Below are positions 24,501 through 36,400 of a stretch of DNA of 64,000 nt, one piece after another. Both the position numbers and the translations under genes were made by a program. The notes beneath the pieces are model-generated. The model did not search any database. It was not told the origin of the DNA and saw only the letters and a program-made list of their open reading frames with translations. How positions within the stretch are numbered: position 1 is the stretch's first letter; every line of letters begins with the position of its first letter. This DNA comes from Ruditapes philippinarum (lineage: Eukaryota). The stretch lies in contig NW_026865921.1 in the NCBI RefSeq assembly GCF_026571515.1, forward strand, positions 1 to 64,000. Direction: 5' to 3'.

Positions 24501-27500
24501 CAACCTTTATCGTTATCGCCTTTTCGTCTTGTCGCTAGCGACAACACGACAAAGCGCCAAACGGCGCGTTGTCGCCTTGCCTGTCTCTAGCGAAGCACGT
24601 CAAACGGCGCGTTGTCGTGCGGTGCCTTGCCAATCAATCCTTCGATTTGAACCGAGCGACAATGTGACATCGCGACAACACGCCGCACGACAACGCGCCG
24701 TTTGGCGTACATCGTTAGCGACAGGACGACAAGACGAAAGTCCGAAAACGCGCCATTTGGCGCTTTGCTGCCAACACGACGCACAAAAGCGTTCCAAATA
24801 AGCCACCATAGTTTTATGTTTGGCGGCGTTTTATCTATATACTTAGGAACTAAAAACGTACCAGGCTTACTTACCAAAAGTCCTTTGGAGTCCCGAACCA
24901 CGTGACCGGAACCACGGATCCGGTTACTATGACTGCTAGTATACAGGTGGACATTGATGTATAGTCAGTTAACAAAGTATGTATATTTTCCGCTGCTAGA
25001 AGTATATATACAACCACGGTGCCGAAATTTGTGAAATTAATTGCAACACTAACAGCATACCTTTGAAAAGAATCAGGTTGAAAACTCAAATCGGGTTAAG
25101 AATAGCACAATAATACGATTTTTAATTTATTTCTGAGTAAATATCTCAAAAGGGTCTTTCTAACAGAATGGTCAAGAGTCGGGCCAATTTTACGAAAAGA
25201 TGTCTCGGTTGAATCACGAGATTGGGGTTATTTACCGACCGTGATCTGGCATAGTACATCACCGTTGAAAAATCAAATTATAAGATAATGTGGTGTTTAA
25301 TCGATCAAAAAATACTGAAACCTGTAATCCTGGCTACATTAAATTATCAGTTTTTACTTAAAAAGGTAACAATTTTATAGATTTGCTATGAAATTAGGAA
25401 TTTTTCCTTCGTAAAAATCTATAGTAACTGCTCATATTTGAAAATAGGTCCGAGTTTCATAAGATTTACTTTTTAATTTATGCATTGTTCAATGAAAAAA
25501 ATAAAAATTGATTTTACAGCGGATAGTAATATAATATTTCAGCATATTTGGTGTTTAATTTGGTGCATTTTCAAAATGGCGCAGTTTGTCGGCAAATATT
25601 CTGAACAAGCAATACAGTATATGTTTTTTCAACAGAATGATCATGGCTTTACATTAATTTCTGAAATATTTATCTTTTTCACAAGTTAAAGATTTTTGAA
25701 GAACATTATGTTGTTAGAATTTTTATTTTTGCTCTTGTATTTTAATTTTCGCCATCATTTGCATGTCTTTTTGTTTTTAAATGCCCTAGCTGAGCTATGT
25801 AAAAAAATACAAATTTTATGTTTTTAGGCTTTTGAACCTCAGCAGTGGTAACAAAACTCAAAGAAAAACTTCTGTTCAAGTTTATGCATAACACAATTTA
25901 TTCTCATGTTTACTTATTGCTTGATATAACTAGACAGCGTACTTTCCGTATTTTCCGAACGCAGCTTCGCCAATGGCTGGGTACGGGTAACGTATATGAC
26001 CATTTGGTGGAAGCAGTCCACGTTCCAACATCATCTGCCAGCAGCGAGATAAGAACGTGGACGTATAAAACGACAGAAGACAGAACAAAGCCAACAGTAT
26101 TATTCCTACCCATCCTAAAATATACAGATTTTATTTCCTTCAAAATACATGTGGGAAGTCTGATGTAATAATTTCACGACTTTTTCATCATTTTCATTTA
26201 GATCAGCATGTTAATTATTAACTACAATTATTATATGATTATAATGAAATACAGAAAAATATTGATGGAACATACGTATTTTCATGTTTCGTATTTTTAC
26301 TTTAAAAATTTATTTTTCACTGCAATGAAACATATTTCTGTATTTTCACTGGTGTCTTGCCGGACTACTTTCTTCTAAATTCAGCCAATACACAAAATTT
26401 GAGGGGAATCCTTTCAAATTGTAATGTCAATTGTTTTTAGAAAAATCTATGTAATAAACAGAAAATTCAAGAATATCCCCTAAATTTTATTTATAATAGT
26501 AATTAAATAATAATAGTCAGTAACGAATTTAATAATAACTGTTATCAATTAATTGCAACAGTTAATTAATAACAATACGTAATTAATAACAGTATTTAAA
26601 ATTAATTAACTGAAAAATCTTCATTTTCTTGCTTTCTTGCCTCTTAATTAATGACATAGCTCCACGGTTTCCATTGTTGTTGTTGTTTTAAATAACTCAT
26701 TTTTGACACCACACCATATAAAGAGATAATGTAACTTACCGGTGTTATCTACAGATTTTGGAAGAGCGAGAAATCCAGACCCCGCCATTATCCCGACTAC
26801 AAAGACGCAAGTCTTCGGAACATTCAGTGTTCCATAACTTCCTTGAGACAGCAGCCTTTCATCCTAAATATTATAACAAATAAGTGAAATATTGATCAAT
26901 AATTATAAGTACTCTGCGCATTCAAAATTTTAACACGCTGAATTCCTCAATTTTAGGGACTGTCCATTTCTATATTAATATCATTAAAATTTGTTGTTTT
27001 ATATTTCTGTTAGTTTTAACACATGGTTTTGGTCTCGACGGTCGATCCACCTTACCGACTTTCCTAGATAAACAACCAGTAATTTTTATTTTCTCCGCAA
27101 GTGACCAACTACTAACCATACATACAAGTAATATCTGTATCCGCGATGACAGACTAAATGAACTCGACTTCCGAGAAATTAGATTACGGTTTTCCAGAAA
27201 CTCGAACCTGCGACCTTTGAGTGACTAATCTGAAGCTCGCCTACTCAGCTAATTGTGCGGACCGTTCCATTATTTATTTTGGTAACATGACGACTATCTT
27301 AATTTTGTCAGATAATTATTATGTGGATTGCACGGGTTTGGTGGCAAAAGCTTCAGGTTTAAAGCGACTCCACTGTGGTCCAAAAACATAAAATTTGAAA
27401 TTCTTATATATAGATCAACTAGGACCCTTAACTATGCAAAAGTAATAAATAATATACTAATACTCAAAATTGAATTAAAATTGATTTTTAAAAGGTCTAA

Positions 27501-28466
27501 ACGCCTGTCATTTTTTTTTTGCACAATTAAAATTTATATATATTAAGAAAACAGAAACACGGAATGAGCATAAGTTATTGATCCAAAAAGAAAAATCGGA
27601 AACAAATGTCTAGTTCTGTCATGTCAGAAACCTCAATGGTAGGGTTATGAAAAATTTAAACACGTAGAAAAACAGCAGCAGCTGCTGCAGCAGTAGTAGC
27701 ACATAGTCTCGGCCTAAAATCTCTCTTCAGATTCATATGTTTATGACAAAATAAAACATACCTGTATATTTCTGTCATCTACATCGTATTCTGAAAATGG
27801 GGAAAAAATACGTAAATTGTGGAAGATCAATCNNNNNNNNNNNNNNNNNNNNNNNNNNNNNNNNNNNNNNNNNNNNNNNNNNNNNNNNNNNNNNNNNNNN
27901 NNNNNNNNNNNNNNNNNNNNNNNNNNNNNNNNNNNNNNNNNNNNNNNNNNNNNNNNNNNNNNNNNNNNNNNNNNNCATTATTTATCGTTAACTTTTGGAA
28001 ACTGCAATATGTAATTTCTGTATATATGTAAATCTATATGGATTAGATATAAAATTATTTACACTTTTTTTGTACAATTTAAAGGATGAATATCTATAAT
28101 AACACTTATTTAACTATTCTGGAAAAAAAGGATAATCACACGAGAATATTGATTAGCTAAACCAGGCATCATATGTATAAGCATTTGAGCCGCGTCTCGA
28201 CAAAACCAACATAGTGTGATTGCGACCAGCATGGATCCAGACCAGCCTGCGCATCCGCGATCCATGCTGTTTGCTATCAGTTTCGCTACTTGTAATAGGG
28301 TTTGTAAGCGAACAGCATGGATCCTGATCAGACTGCGCGGATGCGCAGGCTGTTCTGGATCCATGCTGGTCGCAAACCCATTATGTTGGTCTGTCGTGAC
28401 GCGGCTCATTAAATGAATTAAAAACATGTAAATAAATAGAATGATCAAACCTTCATCATAATCCAT
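21579..28466 (-). CDS. Aa_trans-family (AVT1/SLC32-36-38-like) amino acid transporter, ~443 aa; exons 28466-28451 (tentative), 27790-27762, 26863-26740, 26114-25943, 25060-24875, 23825-23584, 23140-22931, 22527-22326, 21729-21579
   Basis: GT-AG introns with consistent phases; total 1332 nt. Motifs MAGSGFLALP, RYPYPAIGEAAFG, WFGTPKDFW, AFSYGGHCVFPTV, ANPVCQEVE, VGGSTITLLAYICP, FSTPCY. The first exon lies across the N gap and is less certain. Confidence 0.9.
23861..24151. mobile_element. TTAA-flanked MITE with AGG...CCT termini (Kolobok-like)
   Basis: TTAA|AGGGACTCCGC ... GTGGGGCTCCT|TTAA. Confidence 0.5.
24449..24811. mobile_element. CpG-rich MITE with CTATGGTGGC TIRs and internal palindromes
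   Basis: CTATGGTGGCTGATTTGG ... CCAAATAAGCCACCATAG, with TTTT on both sides. Explains the overlapping ORFs at 24529-24905. Confidence 0.75.
27833..27975. other. Assembly gap (N run)
   Basis: Run of n characters inside a transporter intron. Confidence 0.99.
28187..28407. mobile_element. MITE family A
   Basis: GAGCC...GGCTC; flanks ATTT and ATTA. Confidence 0.9.
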
Positions 28467-28903
28467 GGTCTTAGTTTATCCAAAATTTGATTTACACTAA
28501 CACACAGAGATACTTGAGCAAGAACATTTCGTATCATTAGTGAAATATTGGGTTAACTTCTATTAAATCATAATAAGGCGTTAACCAGTTAATGCACTTA
28601 GGTGACGAAATTTGTGAGTTTTGTTACAGAAAATATGTGGGCTTGATTAGCAACATTGTTTGTTTATTATATCAATAATCACATTTATTATTTAAATTGT
28701 GACAATAAATGCATTATCATTACAATCTCACTGTTATCCGAAATATATTTGCCTTTAAAGATAAAAAGACTTTATCAGTAATGTGAATAAACTGTCCCTA
28801 TTGTTTTTCTGTTTATTTCTCCATTTATCACCCTTTTTGGGGACCTAAACATGAGCTTTAAGACTCCCCTTTAGGGACCTAGACATGGTGTCAAGTTACA
28901 CGA

Positions 28904-29382
28904 GGCCCCGTGTTCACTAACATTTAAGGATCAAGATCAGGATCAAAATTAAAAACTCAAATATACTAAGTTTATTGTTTATCCCCACATAATTATTAAA
29001 CTTAAGATTTGACTTAAATAGCAAGTTTATGAAATTGAAATAGATTTATTTGTTATTTTTTGTAACATTTGGGCATTTTACAGTTGACCCAAATACTGTT
29101 CTTAATCCTAAAACTGATCATTATTTTGATTCGGTTATTTTTGTAACTGTTTTATTATTCGTCGATTTTGTCCCAACATATTTTTGTTTCTTTGAAAATC
29201 AGCATTTATTTTACCTTTCTGAATATGTACAATTTGATTCTAGAAATTTCATTATTATTAGATTTCATATAATGCAAACATAAACAATTATGATAAAACC
29301 GCATTATTTTAACCAGGATTGAAAAAGAAGTCAGAGACTTTTGTAGTTTTATTTCCTGATCTTTTCTTAGTGAACACGGGAC
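28904..29382. mobile_element. TIR element, PIF/Harbinger-like MITE
   Basis: GGCCCCGTGTTCACTAA ... TTAGTGAACACGGGAC. No clean TSD seen. Confidence 0.55.
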
Positions 29383-30646
29383 AAGAAGACTATTTCCTGA
29401 GTGTCGTAACTATATATTGCATTGGTGAGGATTGTAGCCGTCTCAAAAGAAATTGTTCAGGAAGCGTAAAAATCAACAAACAAAATATACGTCCATGATT
29501 GTTAAAAGTACCACGTCTTCATACAAATACGTAATCAAAACTTAGAAAAATCAAACTCTAGAAAAATATATGTTAGATATGTATGAGGTAGCAACAGATT
29601 TAATCATGAATCCTCACCATGATCTACACTGTTCGCTAATCAGTCAATACTTAACTTAAAACAATGAGTGGTTTTGTCAAGCAAAGTTTTGATACTTGCA
29701 TGGTCGAAATGTTTGGCATGACAATCACCGCCGCCCTCACCCTGCCTTTCCCTAACTTGTTTTCTTCAATAATTCTTTGTTCAAAATGGCATCTAGATCT
29801 ATAATAATAGTGTTGGTCTAAAATTCTTAAAACGGGAAAATAACATTTTTTTTGTAGTTTTTTGTTGATGTTTTGTTCTTTTTGTTTATTGGTGGATTTT
29901 AACCGCCAATTTTAACACATGTTTTGGTTATATTTCGGCGGTTGTTCCACGTATCCGGCTTTCCGAGATAACTTGCCAGTAATTACTAATTTCTACCTAA
30001 ATGGACGATTACAAATATTATATGATTTCTGAATAAATGGTGAGAGACATTTGACTATTGGATCAGACCTGGGTAATGTCCGAAATCATTTGTCATGGAG
30101 AAATCTGGACTAGCCCGAGACTCGAACTTGAGCGTTTCCTACATTACAATCCGACGTTCTCTTTATTGAGCTTTGTTAAAGAAACTTCACAAAAAGCCTA
30201 GAAACGTAAAATTTGAAAATCTTGAAAATATTAAGTATTTTGCACAATAACACTGGTAAGTCTGTAAAAAGGGGATGACGGAATGACTTGAAAATTTGCA
30301 GAAACGTTATTGGTCCAGACCGTTATTTATTTGTACACCAATCTCGTGGAATGGCACGTCAAAATTACTCAGTGGAGTACATTTCCGCGTGACGTGACTA
30401 TTAAATTGGACATAGTTTTAAGTGTTTTATTTTAAAAATATACATAAAATAATACAAATATAAATTTCTAATTAATATTTTTTAAGATAAATGCATCAAT
30501 ATGTATAGTTCTTGCCCTTTATGGGCTTAAGTATTTACGCAAATTTTATCGCAACTATATGATTGCGAAATTAAAAAAAGAATTCATAAAAAATGAAAAT
30601 CAGTATCTCTTTCACCGGAAGACTAAATAGGTTTGATTATATGTAA

Positions 30647-31030
30647 TTACGCCTCTGCGATCTCGTCCCTTTCGTCTGGGTGACCGTCTGGGTGACCGTC
30701 CATGTGTCCGGGTTTACGACTTTCAGTACACTGTCCCTCACAACACACAATGTCCCTGGCTGTCTTATTGCACATAACACATGGTACAAACGCGCACACA
30801 CAGTACCACATACAGCACACACCAAGTAGTCTGTAAATTCCTTTATCCCAAGGGTAATACCATCGCGGATCCGGTCCACTTTTCCAGCCGTGGATACAAC
30901 AGCAAAATGCTTGCGCATGCGTATCACTGTCTACATAAGAAACGTCATCATCATTTGACGTAGCTTTTGTGTTCGTATTATGTGTTCTGTCTTCATTCGG
31001 TTGTCGTTTTATGACGTCATCTGGATCCAT
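30647..31030 (-). CDS. Uncharacterised 127-aa cysteine-rich putative membrane protein
   Basis: Non-repetitive, GC-richer ORF. Acceptor TTCTTTCAG 30 nt upstream of ATG; AATAAA at 30431-30426. 12 Cys, hydrophobic segment IYRLLGVCCMWYCVCAFVPCVMC, C-terminal GHMD-GHPD-GHPD. Confidence 0.75.
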   Translation of the reverse strand: MDPDDVIKRQPNEDRTHNTNTKATSNDDDVSYVDSDTHAQAFCCCIHGWKSGPDPRWYYPWDKGIYRLLGVCCMWYCVCAFVPCVMCNKTARDIVCCEGQCTESRKPGHMDGHPDGHPDERDEIAEA

Positions 31031-31571
31031 TTCGTTTTATAAATGATGTATTACTACGCTCTGAAAGAATAAATAAATAGATTTTAGAAACACCTCAATT
31101 TTATTTGTAAAGAACATTTCAGACACTTTCTCAAACGAAATCAAAGAATATTGTAACTGAAAACCAAAATCAGTCATTAATATTATGAATACCTGGTTCA
31201 TGCGCAGACAGAATTAAGTACATCTTATTTGGAAATATTCGTTAGACTGCCATGTACTAATTATTTCATTTTTTTATCACGAAAATTCACCTTGTAAAAA
31301 TCACAAACTTCAATTATCCCAGCCGAATAAATAACCAAGAATAATACATCTTTCGGAATACCTTTATAATGTATTTAAACATTAGTTTTCATTTAGGTGC
31401 CTAAAATAAAGTCTTATGAAACCGCCAAGTATTATGTTCAGCAATATTAATATGTATATGAAATCCTAAGAGAGCAAGACAAAAATGTACACCCATGTTA
31501 TATGAGCAGACGTTCTACTGTTGGCTATTCGAGTTTGTCCTGATTTTGATCGAAAGCCATAATTCACATTA

Positions 31572-31770
31572 AGGGGAGCGGTGGCCTAGTGGTTAAGGTG
31601 TCTGCCTTTCAATCCAGAGATCATGGGCTCGAGCCCTACTCGGGTTTCAATCATGTTTCTCCATATGACACCAGTACTGGTTGGTTCCAGGAAGCGGACT
31701 CGAAAGTGATTAATGTAAGTTGCAAGAACTTGTTTCACATTCGAGCTTAAATAAATATGTTTAAACCAAT
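31572..31770 (+). mobile_element. tRNA-derived SINE
   Basis: A box TGGCCTAGTGG, B-box-like GGGCTCGAGCC, body GACACCAGTACTGGTTGGTTCCAGGAAGCGGACTCG. Confidence 0.8.
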
Positions 31771-33402
31771 TCACATAAACAATTGACAGTTTCGTATTCA
31801 ACGCCGGGCAAGACCATTCCATAATTTCAGCGCTCAGCAGGGTAACTTTAAAAGGGTACATAAATGAAATAATGGATCAGAAGAAAGAAATTGTAATGGA
31901 AGTAATCAAAGAATGTCCATCATCTAACTTAATGAACTCGACCTCCAGATTCGCAGCAGACTTCCAGATATTCGATCTCAGCAGATTTGTTAAACTTAGC
32001 TTTAAATATAGGTGCATAATTATGCCTCAGAAATCCATTTTGTTTGAATTGTTTAGAAATATCTGGGACAGAAGATACCAGAAAATATCAAACATATGTT
32101 TAATAATGTTTTAATAAAGGATTTAAGACGTGTTAACTGAAGAAAGTATAGGGATGAACGTGAAGTAATGTACATAAAGGTAGCAATTAAAATGTAAACA
32201 AATGACTATTTTTGGCTTTCATACAAAATACTAATTCGATACAATTATACCAAATGCCAACTCAGCAAGGAAAGCAAAAGATTGTTCAACAACTGTATAT
32301 TTTTTGAAACAGTAACCAGATAACCAATAATCAGACGGTAACAATTAAGATACTAAAATTTTAAAGTTTTTGAGAAATAAAAATTACAGTCTTTCTAAAG
32401 CATAATATATAGACCTTTAAACTAGTTACTCTACTATAGTAACGATTCTAACAGAAGTTATTGGTTGTGATTTAAATAAAGAAAAATAGCTATCAATAAA
32501 AAACAATTTATCAATTGATTTACTTTCAATACATATATACAATTAGATCTATAAATTACCCGTATAACATAATCCTATAATCGATTATCAATACATTTAT
32601 GTATTTACATTTTATATAATATATATGAATAATGTGAAAACAGTTTCCATTTTATATTCAATAACTGTATCATTCCGTGTTGTCATTTTGCAACAGGGAA
32701 GTAATTTGTAATCAAATATTTCAAGATGATGTATACAGTAGTTTAAAAAAAATAAGGCAATTAAACTTCTAATTATAAAAGTGTATTTTCCATCGTTTAG
32801 TCATGTTGAAGAATTAACATTTACCAGTGAAACGTCCAGAAATTGTGCAAAGAAAAATAAATAAAAAGTTCTAGCTTTTACATAAATAGTTAAACCAAAA
32901 TTATACAATACATGTATATATATACATAAGCAATACATGTACGTACATGTGCCTATTATACAAGCATGCAGCTCTAGTTCAAAAGTATATTTTGATACGA
33001 CAAGCTAAAAGAAATATTTTCAGTGATACGTGGTCTCTTCAAATGAACTTAATTCATGCATTATAAACTATTTCAATTTTAGCTTAAGGTGTATCATTTT
33101 CTGAGTTGTTTACATTGTTACTAAGGCAACGTTCCAGTTAAAAAAGAAAATTATAAGTAAGAGAATCATGTCTACCTTTGACCCAGTCAGTAACATATCG
33201 ATTCCTTTATGTAGCTTATAATATCCATGATTAAAAATATGAATTTTATCCACGAACATCAAAAATTGGTATTCAATAGTGTAAACAAATATAGACGAAA
33301 ACAATATAAATTATATTCAATAAAATCTTATTTAATTAGTCTGTATCAGACAAGCGTTTGGAAAAATAAAATTCACTGAGAATCAAGCGTTTTCTGACAC
33401 AG

Positions 33403-36400
33403 ATGGAAAACATGGTTGACTCGTGGAGAAAAATTTCGCAATCTATCAGCGAATCAACGTTTACATCTTTAAAAGAGCTTAAATTTGATAAACCAACCCC
33501 TGTTCAGGCAGCATGTATTCCACTCTTACTTTCTTACAAGGATGTGGCAGCAGAGGCTGTCACTGGAAGCGGGAAAACGTTGGCTTTTGTAATCCCAATA
33601 TTCGAGTTGTTAAAAAAACGTGAAACTGCACTGAAAAAGCATGAAGTTGGTGCGTTGATTGTGAGTCCTACGCGTGATCTTGCTCAGCAGATTTACGAAG
33701 TTGTGTGCTGTTTTGGTAAACAAGTTCCTAATTTGACTACATCTCTAGTGATTGGAGGGAAAATAACACAAGATAATGAGAGTGTTGGTGAGTTAAAGTT
33801 GATACTCAAAAAGTTTTGTTCTCTCAGTTGAAAAGTTAACATAGTAATACGCAATACTAATATTGAATTAGGCAAATCCTATGAACGGGGAAGTCGGTTA
33901 AAAAATCGTTCATTTCTCCGTTTTAAATGTGTCACTCGGTATTTCATGCACCACTTCCGTTTACACTCGGAACATTCGAGTCTCGACGATTATTATAAAT
34001 CCAAAAAGTTGCGTTTGTCTGTTATCACAATACCTCGCCTATTATAATTGAGTTACATTGAAAATGACGGCCCATGACTAGAACTGACATTGAAAATTTC
34101 ATTGATAGGTATATAATTTTATATATTTTTTAATTGTTTTTTTTGTTTGATTTCCTTTTAAATATACACATATAGTCTATAGCCGGGCAAGTCAAAGGCC
34201 GGGTCTGCAAAGCTGTATGATCTTTGTTATCAGGGATCTATGTGCCAAATACGGCTAGCCAGTAAATTAAAGTAAGCCTACAAGGACAGAAGCAAGTTCT
34301 TGGTTAAAATCCGCATTTAAAGACATAAAATAGCATATGCATGTTTGAAAATTCACATAATTTTGAAAAGTGCCATACAGCTACTGCTAGACAATACAGT
34401 GTGTCCTGGCTAGCCGTACATGACTCATGTACGGCTACAACTTTTGGCTAGCCATACTGGGCCCCAGCTACAGCTATTCACTTCTTAACATATAGTGATG
34501 TCAGTGTCTGTAAAATAGCTTTAACCCTTATCATGCTGTTCGCGTATATTGACGCGAAGGTATTCCCTTCCTTTCAGTGCTGTTCGCGTATATTGACGTT
34601 TTACCTAGTGACCTTAGATCGAGAACGAGGTCGGGGATTTCCGATGACGTGGTAGAAAATGCGTACAATCATTGGATAATAGTGTTGTCAGTGCTTGTAA
34701 AAATACCAATACGTCATAAAAATACTAAATTTAGAATGACATTCTACCAAAAATAAAAACAGTACCTCTCGGCCTAAACGAGAACTTATCAAAATGGCGT
34801 CCGGTAATGACAGCGACCTGGACAATAATTTTTATGCGCGTTGGGACCCATATTCATCCGGGGAAAGCGACTTTGAGGGCTTCGATATCGATGACATACC
34901 CCCCGATGTACCTTCTAGACCATCGTTTAGGATCGATCAGAGCATAAATGACCGAGAAAATGCTCAGGATATCCAGTTCGGATGGAGTCGAGAAGATTCT
35001 CCACCCACTATTGCTCCTTTTACAGGTTATTTTTGAAATGACTTCGTCTTCATATCATGCTAAAATTTCTTTTGAATAAAATATAATCTATGTGTATATA
35101 TATATACCAGTATACGTCTATTTCAGAAAGGAATGTTTCTGCAAAGTAACTGCACTCTCACACATGTATATACTAATTTGCTTGTACATTTAGATTTCTA
35201 ATTGTACATGTAAGTTTTAGCGCAACTTTTGACAACTAGATGATAACATGTATAGTAAATAATTGAATGAATAAAAACCAGAAATTGTGTTTATTTGCCA
35301 ATCATAAAAATACATGTAAATTGTATAGTTATGAACTTGAATGTTTTTATTTTTTATCATTTCAGGCACACCAGGATTGACAGTGGAGCTACCAGATGAT
35401 TGTACGGAGCTCGACTTCTGTGCTTTATTGTTCGATGATGATATGTGGGACATTTTAGTCACAGAGACAAATCGATATGCACAGAATCGGATAAATACCA
35501 GTAGTCTAAGACCTTTTTCTAGGCTGAGAAATTGGACTGGCATTTAAGTGGATGAAATGAAAATTTTTATCGCCCTGACATTGGCCATGGGTTTAGTTAG
35601 AAAACCTGATATAGTTGATTTCTTTACAAAATGACGAAAGCTATGAAACTCCATTTTTTGGCTAAATGATGTCTAGAGATAGATTTATGATCATTGTTAG
35701 TAGACCGTGAATGCTGAAAACCAGAATAATGACAGGTTATACAAAATTAGACCATTTGCAAACATGCTCCGCAACAATTTTTATGCCCCCGCCATGTAAT
35801 GGCCGGGGCATATAGTGTTACCCTGTTCCGTCCTTCCGTCATTCCGTCCTTCCGTCATTCCGTCCTTCCGTCATTCTGTCATTCCGTCATCATCAGTTTC
35901 CGTTCATTATCTTAGTAACGGTTGCACATATTCAACTCAAATTTGACATATGGATATGTCATGAGAAAATACAGGTCAAGTTCGAATTTGGTCATGGTTC
36001 GATGATTTTTGGCAGAGTTATGCCCCTTTTACTTTGAAAATAATATGAAATTTTCAGTTTCCGTTCATTATCTCCCCAACGGTACAACACATTCAACTCA
36101 AATTTGACATATGGATATGTCATGAGAAAATACAGGTCAAGTTTGAATTTGGTCATGGTTCGATGATTTTTGGTAGAGTTATGCCCCTTTTACTTTGAAA
36201 ATAATATGAAATTTTCAGTTTCCGTTCATTATCTCCCCAACGGTACAACTAATTCAACTCAAATTTTACATATGGATATGTCATGAGAAAATACAGGTCA
36301 AGTTCGAATTTTGTCATGGTTCGATGATTTTTGGCAGAGTTATGCCCCTTTTACTTTGAAAATAATATGAAATTTTGAGTTTCCGTTCATTATCTCCACA

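Noticed and set aside
25910-26143. Listed minus-strand ORF as the transporter exon
   Set aside because: Wrong frame. The real exon is 26114-25943 (GWVGIILL...AFGKYGK).
27775-28031. ORFs full of X
   Set aside because: Artefacts of the N gap.
33661-33690. DDX55 motif Ia reads SPTRDLA instead of PTRELA
   Set aside because: Conservative change with all other motifs intact; no basis for calling the helicase inactive.
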